DNA of 37,456 nt from Bigelowiella natans CCMP2755 (GCA_000320545.1 ADNK01003457.1:1-37456), one strand, 5' to 3'; shown: positions 22,901-35,758, numbered from the stretch's first letter. Program-made: numbers and translations. The notes: generated by a model not told the origin, from the letters alone.

Positions 22901-25900
22901 CCGCTGAACCAAAGGTTTCCTCCTCTAACTTGTTCACATCGAAAGCGGAGATCATTGAGTCGTTGAAGCAGTACCACTTGTCATTCGGTGGGCGCTCACG
23001 AATGTAAGAGTAGTAGTGGCCAGATTGCAATGTTCGGCCAGAATGAACGATGACACCCATGAGCTCATATTGATAATACTCATCAGGATGCTTGGATGGT
23101 GGAGTGATTTTGGCATCAGCCTTGCTCGATTCGGCTTCACCTGTATCAGTACCCCTTGGAAGCTTTCCATTTAGGACCTCTGCCGAGTATGGCTTCATGT
23201 TGAGCTTCTTTGGGAAGGAAATGCGGTGATTCAATTTGAGCGTATTGCCCATATTGTCGTAACCCATACGGTTGAGGCAAATCATAAGGCACTGAGGCAT
23301 CGTTTTGAAGACCGTGCGCTTGAATACCTTGACGTTCTTTTTTTCGTACTTTTGGCCAAAAACACCTTCCTTGGAGACCTTGCGCTGCTGCTGTTTGAAT
23401 TCTACATGAGATTTGAGGCATTCGTGCAGTGTCTTATGTCCATTGACATTCAAGGAAATAGGCCCAGTCCAATTATCGATGCTATATTCATAGTTCAGGT
23501 AAGGTGCTGCACGGGAACCGACGATTTGGTCAACGAACTTGAGACCACACACCGTCTTAACCGAGTCCTCGTAGGGACCTTTCTTCACACGGTCCTCTAG
23601 GCGCCCCAGCAGAATTTGCAGAAAGCCATTTGAATCAGCTTGCTCGTGCCCAGCTGCACCTTCCCCACGGACAGGGCGACCTGCATTTTCCCAATCAGGA
23701 TCCTCAAAGCTCTCGTGGAACTTCATTGGGCGAATTGCGCGCTTAGTAGATTCTTGAAGGTGTCCAAGGAGCCACTGCAACCCCTGCAGTTCATCGCGTT
23801 TCCACTGTGGGCGCGAAGGATTTGGATGCTGATAGTTTGTAATAGCTAGGATGTTTTCCCGCAACTTCGGCTGCATAAAGATCTGCTGCAGCGCTGCATT
23901 AATGTAACAAGTGTTTCCACAGTTAATGAGTCCACAATATCCTTCGCGTTCGTCGGAATCTTTAATCCAACCAGCCTCATATTCCCAGTTATCACGTCTC
24001 TTGTTATAAATTCTAAGGTGCTGTGGAACCAGAAGTGCAGCCAAAGTCTTAAGATTATCATCATTCCCGCTTGTCAATGCGGAGAGAAGTCTGAAAGCAG
24101 CTTCACGTGTCACATTGTGTTTGCACATTGGTGGTCGAATCTTGAGATGATACGAGTTTTCTAAGGTGGGGACTTTGAAGAGCATGTCAAATACGGGGGT
24201 GAGAAGCTCAAGTTTTCCACCAACACCCATCTCTTTTCGCAGGTCTGGAACTTTCTTAACCAATTCCGCGGTAAGATTGAGAAGAGCACCAAGTACTGCG
24301 TCCTGAGACTTTGGAGTAGTCTCTGTCATCGGGTGCTTCTTGATGAGGTTAGCAAGAGACCCGCCGATCATTGTTGCCGATTTCTCCTCAATTTCGTTGG
24401 TGTTTGCGATCAAGTTGCGCATAAGAAGAAGATACTGGGCGCAGTTGTTCTGCGTGTTAAGTTCCGAAAACCTTGCATGCACAACTTCCAACAGCTTGTC
24501 TCGCATCTGTTCACGCAATTTGGATACTTGCTCACTATCTTCTGAACAGCTTTTGCTGAGTTGATCAACTCCATCTGTGAAGGCCTTCTGAAGCATAACA
24601 TTTTTGTTGACAATGAGCGCGGCAGGGACCAGCTTCTCCCACTCGGGGCCGAAAGCCTTGATTTGCGCAAACACGGATGGTTGCACTTTTACCGCCGTAG
24701 TCAGGAGCCAGAAAATCGAGCTGAGAGCTTGAGAAGTATCGACCACAGTAGCCTCATCTGTTTTGACGAGGTTTGGGATCATATGAAGTGACACATCCAC
24801 GATAGAATCCAAAGGAAGAACTTTCAGTACAACCTCCCTGCTAACAACAATTCCCATAGTAAAAAATGCGAAGATTTTTTGCATCATCGACAGGCATCTC
24901 AAAGCTAGCTTATCGGCTACAAGAAGTGCAGAGGATTCCTTCAGCACCGATGCAAGTCGTGGCAAACCACCAGAAACAAAGGTCTTGCACCATTCGTCAT
25001 TATTTAATGGACTCTTCTTGTCTGTTCCTCGCTTAGCGGGGTCGATAATTTGGAGGGTGTACAGGAGTTTGACAGGGCGAGAAGGAAGAATTTCAGCCCA
25101 ATCGACTTTCCCCGCTTTGTGGATTCCACATAGTCTTACAGCAACAGTATCGCTCGCGGGAAGGTGTTCGAGGGTATCCCAAGCTAAGCCGCCAACAACT
25201 CCACCAACATCCAAAAATGAGAATATCAGGTTGAAGTATGTCTTTTCCCCAGCAAATGTATTTTTCAAGTGCTTCTCCACACCGCTAAGCTCCACTTTCT
25301 GCGGCTTACGGCGTTCCTTATTCTTGTCTCGCAGATAATCCTCCTTAGCTGCCTTGTCAACATCACCATCATCGTAGTGAACCCAGTAGGTCCCGTCTTC
25401 ATTGACCCCCTTAATTTCTGCTCCGTAGAGAGTACCCCCATCGCGCTTCCAGTGAGCATAGATTTTCTCGCCCTTTTTATAGAGAGGGCGCTTGATCATC
25501 TCTCCTTGGTCAATTCGAGTGAGGACATTTAACATTAGCTCGAGGGTTGCTTGCATGAGTGCCACGTCCTTTTCCTTCTTTGCTTCGTTCAAGCATTTGA
25601 TACAATTCTCAACAAACTCATCAAGGGCTGCCAACTTGGATTTCTCATCCATTTCCATGGTAGCAAATTTGATGTACATTGAGCCGAGAAACTTTTGCGA
25701 GTTTGCGCGGACAGTGGAATCGGATTCGCGTAGAGAGAAATCCCATAATTGGTCCATTCCTTCGAGCTCACTGTGTTTCATGACTGTAAGGGGAGCTTCT
25801 TCCAAAGCTCCTTTCTCCCTATTTGAGCTCAAAAAACAAGCTGTAAAACACCCTTGCCATTCGGGGGTGACCTTAATCTCCTCCTTTGTCTTCTTATGGA

Positions 25901-28661
25901 TATACTTCGAAGCTAGCTTCGTGAAAAGATGCTTCCGAGATTTCGGAGAGAAGACTGGATATCCGTCCTTCTTTTCCTTTAGGCAGTCGGTGAGCCATTT
26001 CATAAAGTACAGAGTGTCGAATTCACAAACACGGTTGGATGTGTAGAGGTCCCAGATGTCATCGATTTCGGCCGATTCAAGAGTGCGGTTGGGCGAATGA
26101 ACGCAGATGAATTGAATAAACCTTAATCTTGCTAATACTTGTTTTTTGTGAGTTGAAACGCCTGAAAGAGCCCTCAGTTCAGGTGATTTCTCTCCGTCTT
26201 TCTTTTCAGTTAGGCCCTTCCATGCAGCTGCGTTGTAGTTCTTACTGTTTTTGAAGAATAAGTTAAGCAGGTCAAAGTTCTCAACATTTTCGTCAATCTT
26301 TTGAGAAGTCTCTTTGTAGTCAGCACCCCTCATAAGGATTTGGAAGATCGTGAGAGCATTGACCTCTCCAGAGCCGTTGGTCAAACTCTTTACGCACATT
26401 TGCGCGTATTCGTCACGTTTGGACGCGAACATTTCATTTTCAAAGAGATGATTCAGGCACTTCGTTGCCTTTTGAAGTATACTCTTCTCAATCTTAGATT
26501 CATTCTCCGGTGCGAGCATGTCCCAGAGAAGGTTGAGTCCGTACCAATGGGTGCCTTTGGTGGCCTACACACATACACACAAAATATGTAAATATATATA
26601 TAACACAAAATATGTAATTATATATATTATACATTATAATGAAGATATTCCGTGTGTAAACCAGGGAAATAATGTTCGTTACCTTAACTGCACTCAGCGT
26701 AAATTTAGTAAGAGCTTCCAGCTGCCATGACGTGAACTCGCTGAACTCGATTCCTTCAGTTTGTCTTTTGTACATCATCGTCAGGGTCTTTTCATCCATT
26801 TGCTCAGCAAGCTGCGACATGAGTGCAGAGCCTTCCTCAGTTTTAGCTTGGGCCAGTAGAATATCAAGGTGAGCAGTCGAGAGTTGTTTGTTCTTAGCAA
26901 GGAACTTAAATATTGGAGATGAGACCAAGAAAAGACGTGGATCGTTTGAAATGACATCCACGACTTTGTTCTTTTCAATCCATTGGATAAACCTCTCAGT
27001 ATTTAGAAATCTCAATGTTGGAGGTTCCTCTTCAACCTCGTTAGGATACGAGTACTCATCCTTTAGTGCCTTGATACAGTGGGCCTGGAGGTAATCCTGT
27101 GTGTCTCCAGATCCGTCAGTAAAATGAACATTATAGGTTCCGTCTGAATTAATAGACGTGATCTCTGCTGGGTAGAAACTACCATTTTTGAATTGAGCTA
27201 GGACTCGTTCCCTTATTTCCCATTTCAAAGGCGTTAGAGCCTTAATGTAAAGATTGATGAGAGACATGCCCCGACGTTGTGCTACGATCTTGTCAGACCC
27301 AATGAAGAATAGAATTAAATCTAACTGTGCCGTCTCCCCAAATTCGTCTGCAGCACCCCTATGTAGCCCAGCCCCGCGGAGAATGCTGCAAAGCTGCTCG
27401 ACAAAATTATCAAAGAAACGTTTCTCTTTCCCAGCGATAGCGTAAATCTGATTTCTATCCAAGGAACCTAACACGCCTCCGAGAAAATTGCTATCATCAA
27501 CATGTAAGCTCTCGAAGTACTTCTGCATAAAGTTTTCGTTCAGCGAATATTTTCTCCATCGCAAAGTTGCAATCATTCTATTCGTTGTTTCGAATAGGGG
27601 TCCCTTTTGTGCCTTGCCTTTACGTCCTTCAACGAAGTCTTCAGTAGTCAGGGCTAAACGCTGGCGAAGAGCATCAAATCCTCCGGCCTCCCCAAATTTG
27701 TTAAGAAGGTAAATGGTGGCAAAGAGATCCTCTGGAGGTCCCTCACCTTCAATATTCCGTGTGACGCTAGAGAATCTGCCCTCAACTTGCTTCTGCATGC
27801 CACCAAGGACGTCGTTGATATTCCGGAAGTACATCATCTGCGGGCTTTCTATGCTTCTGTTGTTCGCCGGAAATATATATTCGATGCCTTTCATAGCTTC
27901 CTTCTCTTGTTCCTATGAGAATACACGAGGTGATATATCAGATGAGTTCAAATTGAGAAAATATTTGGGGTGAAAATTACCCTAGTTACATTCCCCGATT
28001 TTAAAGCAGCAACCAAAGTTTCAAGCCATGCAGTCAAGAAAGTGAGGGGATATTTCCAATTTTCCTCATTAATAATTGCTTGCAGCATATTGGGAAGGTA
28101 GTTTCCTTTGCAGAGCCATGTCATTTGTCCCTCCTTCAACTCAGTCCCATCATGGAGAGCTTTTCTTACTGTATCTAAGGTATCCTTTTCCTTTTTATAC
28201 TCCTCTATGTCGAGTTCATATCCAATGGGCTTGTTTCGACCTTCGCCCGTGTAATCTCCTTTCTCAACCATAGTCCACAAAGGAGTAATTTTTTTGGCTC
28301 CTAGGCGCATGTATACCCACTCATCGTACTGGCTGTCCCAACCTTCGTAATGAATCCTGACACGATCCTCCTCCTCGTCGACTTGTATAACTTTAGCAGT
28401 TCGCCATTTATTTTTATCGAGGACATCGCACCGTGTTCCCACGGGGTAGTCTGCGATTTTTGCTGGTTCCTGATGGAAAGTAGCGAAAATATTAATTCTG
28501 GTAAGTACAATGATATTTTCCTTTAGGGACACTATTTTCTTCTTCAATAGAATTCTGAAACAAACATTCCAACCCTAAGTCTATTCGAAGGGTTTAGATC
28601 GAAATATTTGTATGAAAAGAATGAAATCTCGGAAGGGAAGGGAATATTAAGAAATCACCAT
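19948..28661 (-). CDS. Large ubiquitin-specific protease (peptidase C19, USP9/24/34-like), ~2652 aa, 6 coding exons, with Tudor/Agenet-like and PG-binding-like modules
   Basis: Exons 28661-28659 (ATG only), 28469-27990, 27912-26683, 26564-20844, 20595-20426, 20302-19948, all GT-AG and in phase (7959 nt). Cys box GYCGLINCGNTCYINAALQQIF, His box YELMGVIVHSGRTLQSGHYYSYI, WYCFNDS, AYVLFY. The helical scaffold (LNKFGEAGGF, PPMCKHNVTREAAFRLL) is typical of USP9/24/34. Confidence 0.92.
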
Positions 28662-29845
28662 CTTGTGGCCGAACGCGTTCACTCAAATTGCTCAATTCTA
28701 TTATTTGGAAGAAGTTGAGGCTTAATTTTCCTGGAAGACACAATACAACTATTAGAAGATGCGAACGCTCATCCAAATAGCTGTCGCATGAATATTGAAA
28801 ATTCCCTTATACAAAATGGTAATATATTGCAAGGGAAGTGGGGGGGGAGCACCTGTATGCGCTCGACTATTCGATTTCAGATTTTAATATCCGAAGTAAA
28901 TCAATAAATTCGTATTTTCTACTTATTTAGTATAAAGCGACAATTGATTTTACTATTGTTTCACCTTTTACTTAGGAAATCCACACTATAGATTCATAGT
29001 CCAGGAGATGAAACTTCCCGATATTTAGGGGAAGCTACAGAGAATCTTCTCCGCACTTTTAACTTCGATAAAAAATTCAAAAGAACGTAGCAAATCCTAT
29101 TGCGACAAGTCTTTCCATTTAAATTTTAGCGCAGATAGACAGTTCACAATGGATTAAATTGTCGGCTAATCACACTAATCGAAATCCATCAAAATCTGAA
29201 AATCCTAAGGCAAAATCCCATACAAAAAAGACAAGCGATGCTGGACTGGATGATGTAGTCGGAGAAGGAAGGCATGCGTCATGAAATCCTAGAAGGCGTT
29301 CAACATAAAACGTGCCTCCAATAGAGTCCAGGCTACCGGCAGTACCGGTAGTTAGACTAAAACAGTCTGAAACTCACAAAGCTCGTTTTTCGGATAAGAA
29401 TCCCCTCTATTTGAATCTGTATCAAAACTTACGATCTATTCAGAATTTCGGTCGCCCAATCCATTTCGAATGTTAACCGTCCTATGAAATATATTGCGTA
29501 AAAATGGAAGTCGCTGGTAATAAAACGAATTAAATTGCAATTTTCTCCAACAATGACTACGCGTGATACGTCTTGATTAGCTTTGTATCAGTTACAGAAA
29601 AAAGTACATGTGCCTTCCCCCCCCCCCGTGCGCATTCTTCGAACTAAAATCAGGAGTGTAATTTATGACTTATGTGAGTACGCAATTCGAATTATCTTGA
29701 AAATACTTTACCAAGTAGATCTAGAAGTACATTTCGATGATTTTTTAAATCTACTGCACCGCCACACACATGTACCCGGGTGCTTCGAAGTACTTGTGGA
29801 GTGAGGTCAGAACTCAACCACTATCTTCCTACTCAGTTTTGTCGC
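28662..29845. promoter_or_regulatory. Divergent (head-to-head) intergenic region, putative bidirectional promoter and 5' UTRs
   Basis: Between predicted ATGs at 28661 (-) and 29846 (+); A/T-tract rich, lacks both microsatellites and the CTAG-rich signature. Confidence 0.5.
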
Positions 29846-29944
29846 ATGCCGCTGCCAACCATCAATGATCGAAATCGAAACTCTCGGCAATTGGTAATCC
29901 AATCCCAACTTGGATATTACATTTTTTGAGAAAAGTGCATGCTC

Positions 29945-29989
<45 letters not shown>

Positions 29990-29996
29990 AATGTAT

Positions 29997-30043
<47 letters not shown>

Positions 30044-31178
30044 ATCATATAAACACACATTGTGTGTAAATGGTTTTGCATCTACCTGTCCGCGGTCATT
30101 GTTTGTGTATATAATTCCAAAAAAATCCAAACATCAGAAATCTCAAAAACGACGACAAGCATCTGCGAATATGTGGGAGGCGAAACTTCCAACAATAAAA
30201 GCACGAGGACTGAAAAGTTTTAATGTAATGGAGCCCGACAGCTCAGCTCAGGTTTGTTAATATAGGTGGTGAATTGTCTCATATTAGCAAGTCTGATTAT
30301 GCTCTCTCTCTCTCTCTTTCTCTCTTTGTGCTTTCTCCAAATGGCTTATCTGAGCAGGAATGTCTCAAATGGACTGACACTATCCGCAAGGTTGGTATCA
30401 TATAGTGTCAATACCACTCTAGCAATGACTTATATTTTATTATTTCTTAGCCCGAGGAGTACGAATCGAGAAAGAAGCGAACCAACATACCCAAGCACCT
30501 AAACTACAAGAAATTCAACTTCCTTGACGACGAAGGCGATGCAATAGTACGGATTATTTCGTGTATATAGTATCAATTATTTATATACTCTTGATCTCCT
30601 CAATATAGATAGATGGAAAGTTTCTCAATTTTGAAATAATACCCTTCAGAAATGCTTGGAATGGGATGACGAAAAGTCCGACACCGATACGAACGTCCCA
30701 ACACCAGGGAACTCGAAATTTCAAAAATTCATGGCGAAGAAGAGGGGGGATAGGGATTCGGTAAACAATCAAAAAAAATATTCTTGTTGTTCTTCTCACA
30801 TCAATCAACGTATGGTTATCGTCCTCAATTCACTCTAGGTCGATGAAGCTCAACGACTAGCGAAGTTCATGAAGGAGCATTGTTCCTCTACATCAAATTA
30901 CAAACATCTCGAGAAGACGAGATCCAAGCTCTTTGGTTCGGTAGACCAACTTAACAGATATACTCGCAAGAACGATGACGATTTCCAGAACTTCTACCAA
31001 GATGGCTTGGCGGACCCTTTGTACACCAATCCAGAAAATCACATCTGCGTAATGATGATTGATTAGCAGGAGGGATACAATATTATGCGAGGAGGGGGGA
31101 GATTTTTTTATTTATTCTATCACAATATTACATACACATGCTCACTGTATATTGCAAATTTACACACGCACACACATA

Positions 31179-31219
<41 letters not shown>

Positions 31220-31493
31220 TTAATGTTTGTTAGTCCGTGTGTTATTATACCGTTGAATATGTTCGATTTTGTAGGTTGTAAACAAGAACTTCAAGAACGC
31301 TCTAGCAGTTGAGACACGCTTAAAACGCGCATTCAGGAGTGCTGGACTAGGAAAAGCGTAAGTTTCCATACTCCAAAATCATTGACACATAGTAACCAGA
31401 AGATGTTCTTTCATCAGACCAAAGATCCCCAAATCCAAGAACGGAATGAGTCGAATTGATAGAAATCTAGCTGCTGCAGCTAAGAGGAGATAG
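29846..31493 (+). CDS. Hypothetical basic/hydrophilic protein, 256 aa, 8 exons
   Basis: Exons 29846-29893, 30138-30251, 30358-30390, 30451-30546, 30650-30760, 30839-31048, 31275-31357, 31418-31493; all GT-AG with an open frame throughout (771 nt): MPLPTINDRNRNSRQLKSQKRRQ...GLADPLYTNPENHIC...RNLAAAAKRR*. No family recognised. Confidence 0.75.
29948..30038. repeat. Compound (TA)n-(TG)n microsatellite, intronic
   Basis: Visible runs in intron 1 of the hypothetical gene. Confidence 0.95.
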
Positions 31494-31599
31494 TGCTACC
31501 TTGAAAGAATAATGCGCTTCGCAAGTAGATATGTAAGCAGTAAGCTCTCACATTTCGCACACACATCTTTCATTTGTTTTCCAAACTGAAAATGAGTGG

Positions 31600-32840
31600 A
31601 AGTGCTCACACACATAGCACCAGCACATGCTAGCACGGTTGAGTCTTCTCGTTCGAATCATTACTTACACCCATGCGCCTCACCATTGTCACTATAGAAA
31701 CAATAAATAGCAACGTCGTTTGTCTGGAGCCCTGTCTCTTGTGTACATCTACTTAGTACACATGTATCGTAGAACATGACGTATACCATCGCATCTTCTA
31801 TACATAGGCGCGTTCTCTAGTTATAGTAGCTGACAGCGCAGCAATACATGCTACAACTTACGGGCCCTTACACACACATGCTGCTCTATGCTGATATGCA
31901 CTGCTACATGTAGATTGCTCACGCACAACACATCTGCTAGTAGTAGAGCAATGACTAGCTAGCACAGCACAAAGAGCACAGGCAAGCTTAACGATGTTCG
32001 CTGCTGGCATGCGAACACACAACAAATGTTTACCAATGTGACACCAACTACACACACAGCATGGCGCAGTGCCGTCAATTATGAGAGACTCAAGCTAGCT
32101 TGCAAAGCAGGTACGGTAGAACGTAACAGTACTATTGTCAGTGCTATATATAGCTGGCTGTTTTGTCGAATAAGCGGCCGGCGCGCCCTAGCACAGTGCA
32201 TCGCAACACATTCACACGACTCAAGCGTTACGTTTGCTAGTCTAGATCGTCGTATAGACCGTGCAGCAATGCCCACCGACTGGTCGAAATCGAAAATGAG
32301 CATGTACTGCACACACCTAGACACGCACACAGGCACACTGCAACAATGATGGACAACGTATTATTACTTGCTGTATCCATTGCTTGCACATCACTATGTC
32401 ATGCATGATGCTGCTGCGCGGCAGCCACATGACCAGTATGCATACACATCGCATGGAACTCATGTCTACTACTTGCAGACCGAAGGCTGGCATGGTATCG
32501 TAGTTCCTTTGTTGCAGACGGTGACATGACTAGATGTATAGATGAAGCCCAATGCACGTGCACTAGCGTAGCATGATTATTATGCACATGCCACGCGCGC
32601 AGAAGTCGAATTGGGAACAACGTATCGTACTACAGCTAGGAGCATCAAATTCTATCCCCAGTCTTCCCGATTTTTGGAATGAGACTATGGCTTCGCACGC
32701 GTACAGGCATGTAGCTAGATAGCGCATCCCTTACGCAGCATTCCTTAATGACAAGCATTTGCTATCTAGCTGTATTAGCTGCTCGCTGTCCGTGCGCCAA
32801 TCGACATGAAGGTACGATTATCACTTTTAGTAGCGCGACA
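31600..32840. other. Convergent intergenic spacer 4: CTAG/TGCA/CATG-rich domain with central GC core (32174-32188)
   Basis: Lies between the stop at 31493 (+) and the 3' end of the PPR gene (-). Contains gactagctagcac, aagctagctt, gctagtctagat and gtagctagatagc; core gcggccggcgcgccc. Confidence 0.72.
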
Positions 32841-33324
32841 AAAACAATATTTCACATTTGTATAATCACCTTATCAATCATACATTAATTAAAAATGCTG
32901 CTTTACATCATTCTCCTACTATCATCTCTATGCATTGAACGAGTTGTAACAAGGGGGAATCAATTTAGCTAGTGACACGAGCAGAACAGCAATATTTCAA
33001 AAGAGTAATGAGTTATCCGCAATCGTTGTGCAGGTACATATCGGTTGTTTCCACGTTATCATTTCATCGTCCGTTAATCATCATAAAATCTGCTTATTCA
33101 TTCAATCACCATCCTTCAGCAGCTGCTCGCAAATGGGGTCCTACATTAAAAAATAGACGAGGGCAAGCAATGGAGTCACAAATGGACATTTCAAGTTGAC
33201 CGATAAAAGGCGTCGAGGCAGTAAAGAAGGATGGATTGGTCCATTATTCCCAAATCTCACATCCACACCATCCTCATCATATCACCTCTCAAAATTAGAA
33301 AACTACATGAAAATGTGCGACAAG

Positions 33325-33381
33325 CTAGGGTTTCATGTATTCATAATAGCAGCTACTACTATCACTACCACTACTACTACC

Positions 33382-33416
<35 letters not shown>

Positions 33417-33461
33417 CTAAAGGGTCAACGTAAGCATCATCGTCCAGATATGATGATGATG

Positions 33462-33492
<31 letters not shown>

Positions 33493-34424
33493 TGATGACA
33501 CCGAAGATGAAGGCGGTGACGAGGATGATGACGATGATGATAAGGACTCTAATGCCTGTCTATTGAAGCTCCTACCACTACTACTACCACTACTACTACT
33601 ACTACTACTACCACTACTACTACTACTACTACTATCCGCCGCATTATGATTTTCCATTCCTCCTGCTCTTGCTTCCCGTTTCTTCTTAGCTTCTATTTCC
33701 TCCTTCCATTGACCTGCCACCCCACCCCCCTTAATGGCTGTCGCGGCTATTCTCCCCAATGTATTCTTGTCCCCTTCTTCTTCGCTGCCAAACAGCAGCA
33801 CAGAGGCCTCTTCCGACGTCTTTGTGGAGACTTCTCCTATCTCGTTGAGCATCAGATCTAGAGCAGCCTGCAATCATGTAGTAGTACATATCAATTCAAT
33901 TACACCATCATATCATAACTTGAAGGCCCATATAATTGTCCTGTATCCATCTGCTGCTGCTACTGTTTTTACATGTACCTTTCTCGCATATTCATTTCTC
34001 TCCTCCCTCTTTCCCTTGCCCCCCCCCCTTCCCCCCCCCCCCCCCCCCCCCCCCCAACTTCCGACTAACCAACCCCTAGTTACGTTCGTACGGTGGGGGG
34101 GGGGGGGGGGGGAGGGAGATTAAGAGTAGTAGCGCCTACATTGGGCGAGGCTATCATTCGAACAACATGTTTTTAACATCATCGTAGAATTCGCTACACC
34201 TGCCATTCCTGCTGCTTTGTATGTGCAACAACCTATTATGGTTTAGTGAAAGAAAGAATAATCAATCACGTCTACGATGATAAGGAAAAGCACATTAAAG
34301 ATACTAGAAGAGGAGAAATATCCTCCTTCTCTCCCCCGCTACCCACATATTACTATTATTATTACTACCTTCATTGCTGTTGTTATATCATAATTGCTGC
34401 TGTGACTACTAGCATAACTTTGTG

Positions 34425-34456
<32 letters not shown>

Positions 34457-35110
34457 TATCATTATCATTATCGTAGAGACCGACCTCTTGCACCTCATCT
34501 CTCCCTAATCCCACAATTTCTACATCGGAAAGATATCTGATTGGAAGAAGAGGAAGAGGGAGAAAGACCAAACACATGCCACGTCAAAAACAGGAGTTTT
34601 GGCCTCCTCTCACGAAGCATCACTACTGATGATCTTGGCAGTACATCAATACATGAATATATATAAGTAAGGTAAGGGGGGGGGGGGGGGATGGATGTAG
34701 TTATTATTTTTGTTTTTCTTTCTCTTCGTCATCTTTTTGCTGCCAAGGTTTTTTCTTTGCCTCTCCACAAAGCTGCTTGCCTCTTTGCAATAGATGTAAT
34801 ATGATGATGTCCTTAATTGTACGCGGGCTGCTACTTTCCTACCTAGAATCTAAAGACGATGATGATGATGACATCGACGCTTGTCGCCTATCTCCATCAT
34901 TTGCATATTGTTGACTTCTTGTGCTGGCTTCCTCTTCTTCTTCTTCTTCTTCTTCCATTCTTATCGCCTCATCACTGCCGGCAAGAGCTTCCCTCTCACG
35001 ACGGTACTGATCATCTATAGAAGAAAGAATAAAACGGAGGAATATACATCATCATCATTATCATCATCATCACCATCATCACCATCATCACCATCATCAT
35101 CACCATCATC

Positions 35111-35142
<32 letters not shown>

Positions 35143-35717
35143 CACCATCATCATCATCATCGTTATCTCTTCAGCAACACGAACCAAGGGCTGAAGTCAT
35201 GTCCTGGTAGAGCGTGAGCGCCTTTGCCCACTGTCCCACCTGATAGGTAACAACGGTTAGACACGCACGTAATCATAAAAAAGGAGTCATTGAACGATGA
35301 TGACGATGATGAATGGTGGTGATAAGGATGGAGATGGTGATGATCGGCGTGAAAGGAAAGCATTGGACGCACCATCATCATATCACGATCATCTTCATAA
35401 TCTCTGCCATCGTCGATAGCTTACATATTATTTACTTACCCATTGACTACTACTACTACTACTACCTGAGCTACAGCATTGATTGTGCTACTATACGACA
35501 TCAAGTCTGCTTCAACGCCCATCTGAAGGACAACGACGAGGAGGACCAACAACGCATACTCGATATCAACCCACAAACTACTATTCTCATCATCACCATC
35601 ATCATCACCATCATCATCATCATCACCACCATCATCACCACCATCATCACCACCATCACCATCACAGTGCTCTTAGCGATCTATCATTCACCAGCTACAT
35701 GTGCAATCATGGCCGCA

Positions 35718-35758
<41 letters not shown>

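Noticed and set aside
20758-28273. Many + strand and alternate-frame ORFs overlapping the USP gene
   Set aside because: Shadow ORFs of a long coding exon; no motifs or splice support.
28571-28579. Telo-box-like aaccctaa
   Set aside because: Single intronic occurrence; no exact copy upstream of RPL13A, where one would be expected.
29333-29351. Small hairpin ctaccgg-cagta-ccggtag in the divergent spacer
   Set aside because: A single 7-bp stem, expected by chance; not seen in the other divergent spacers.
6200-32840. Interpretation of the CTAG-rich spacers as a transposon/MITE family or CRISPR-like array
   Set aside because: No terminal inverted repeats, target-site duplications, transposase/RT ORFs, fixed-period repeats or extended mutual alignment visible.
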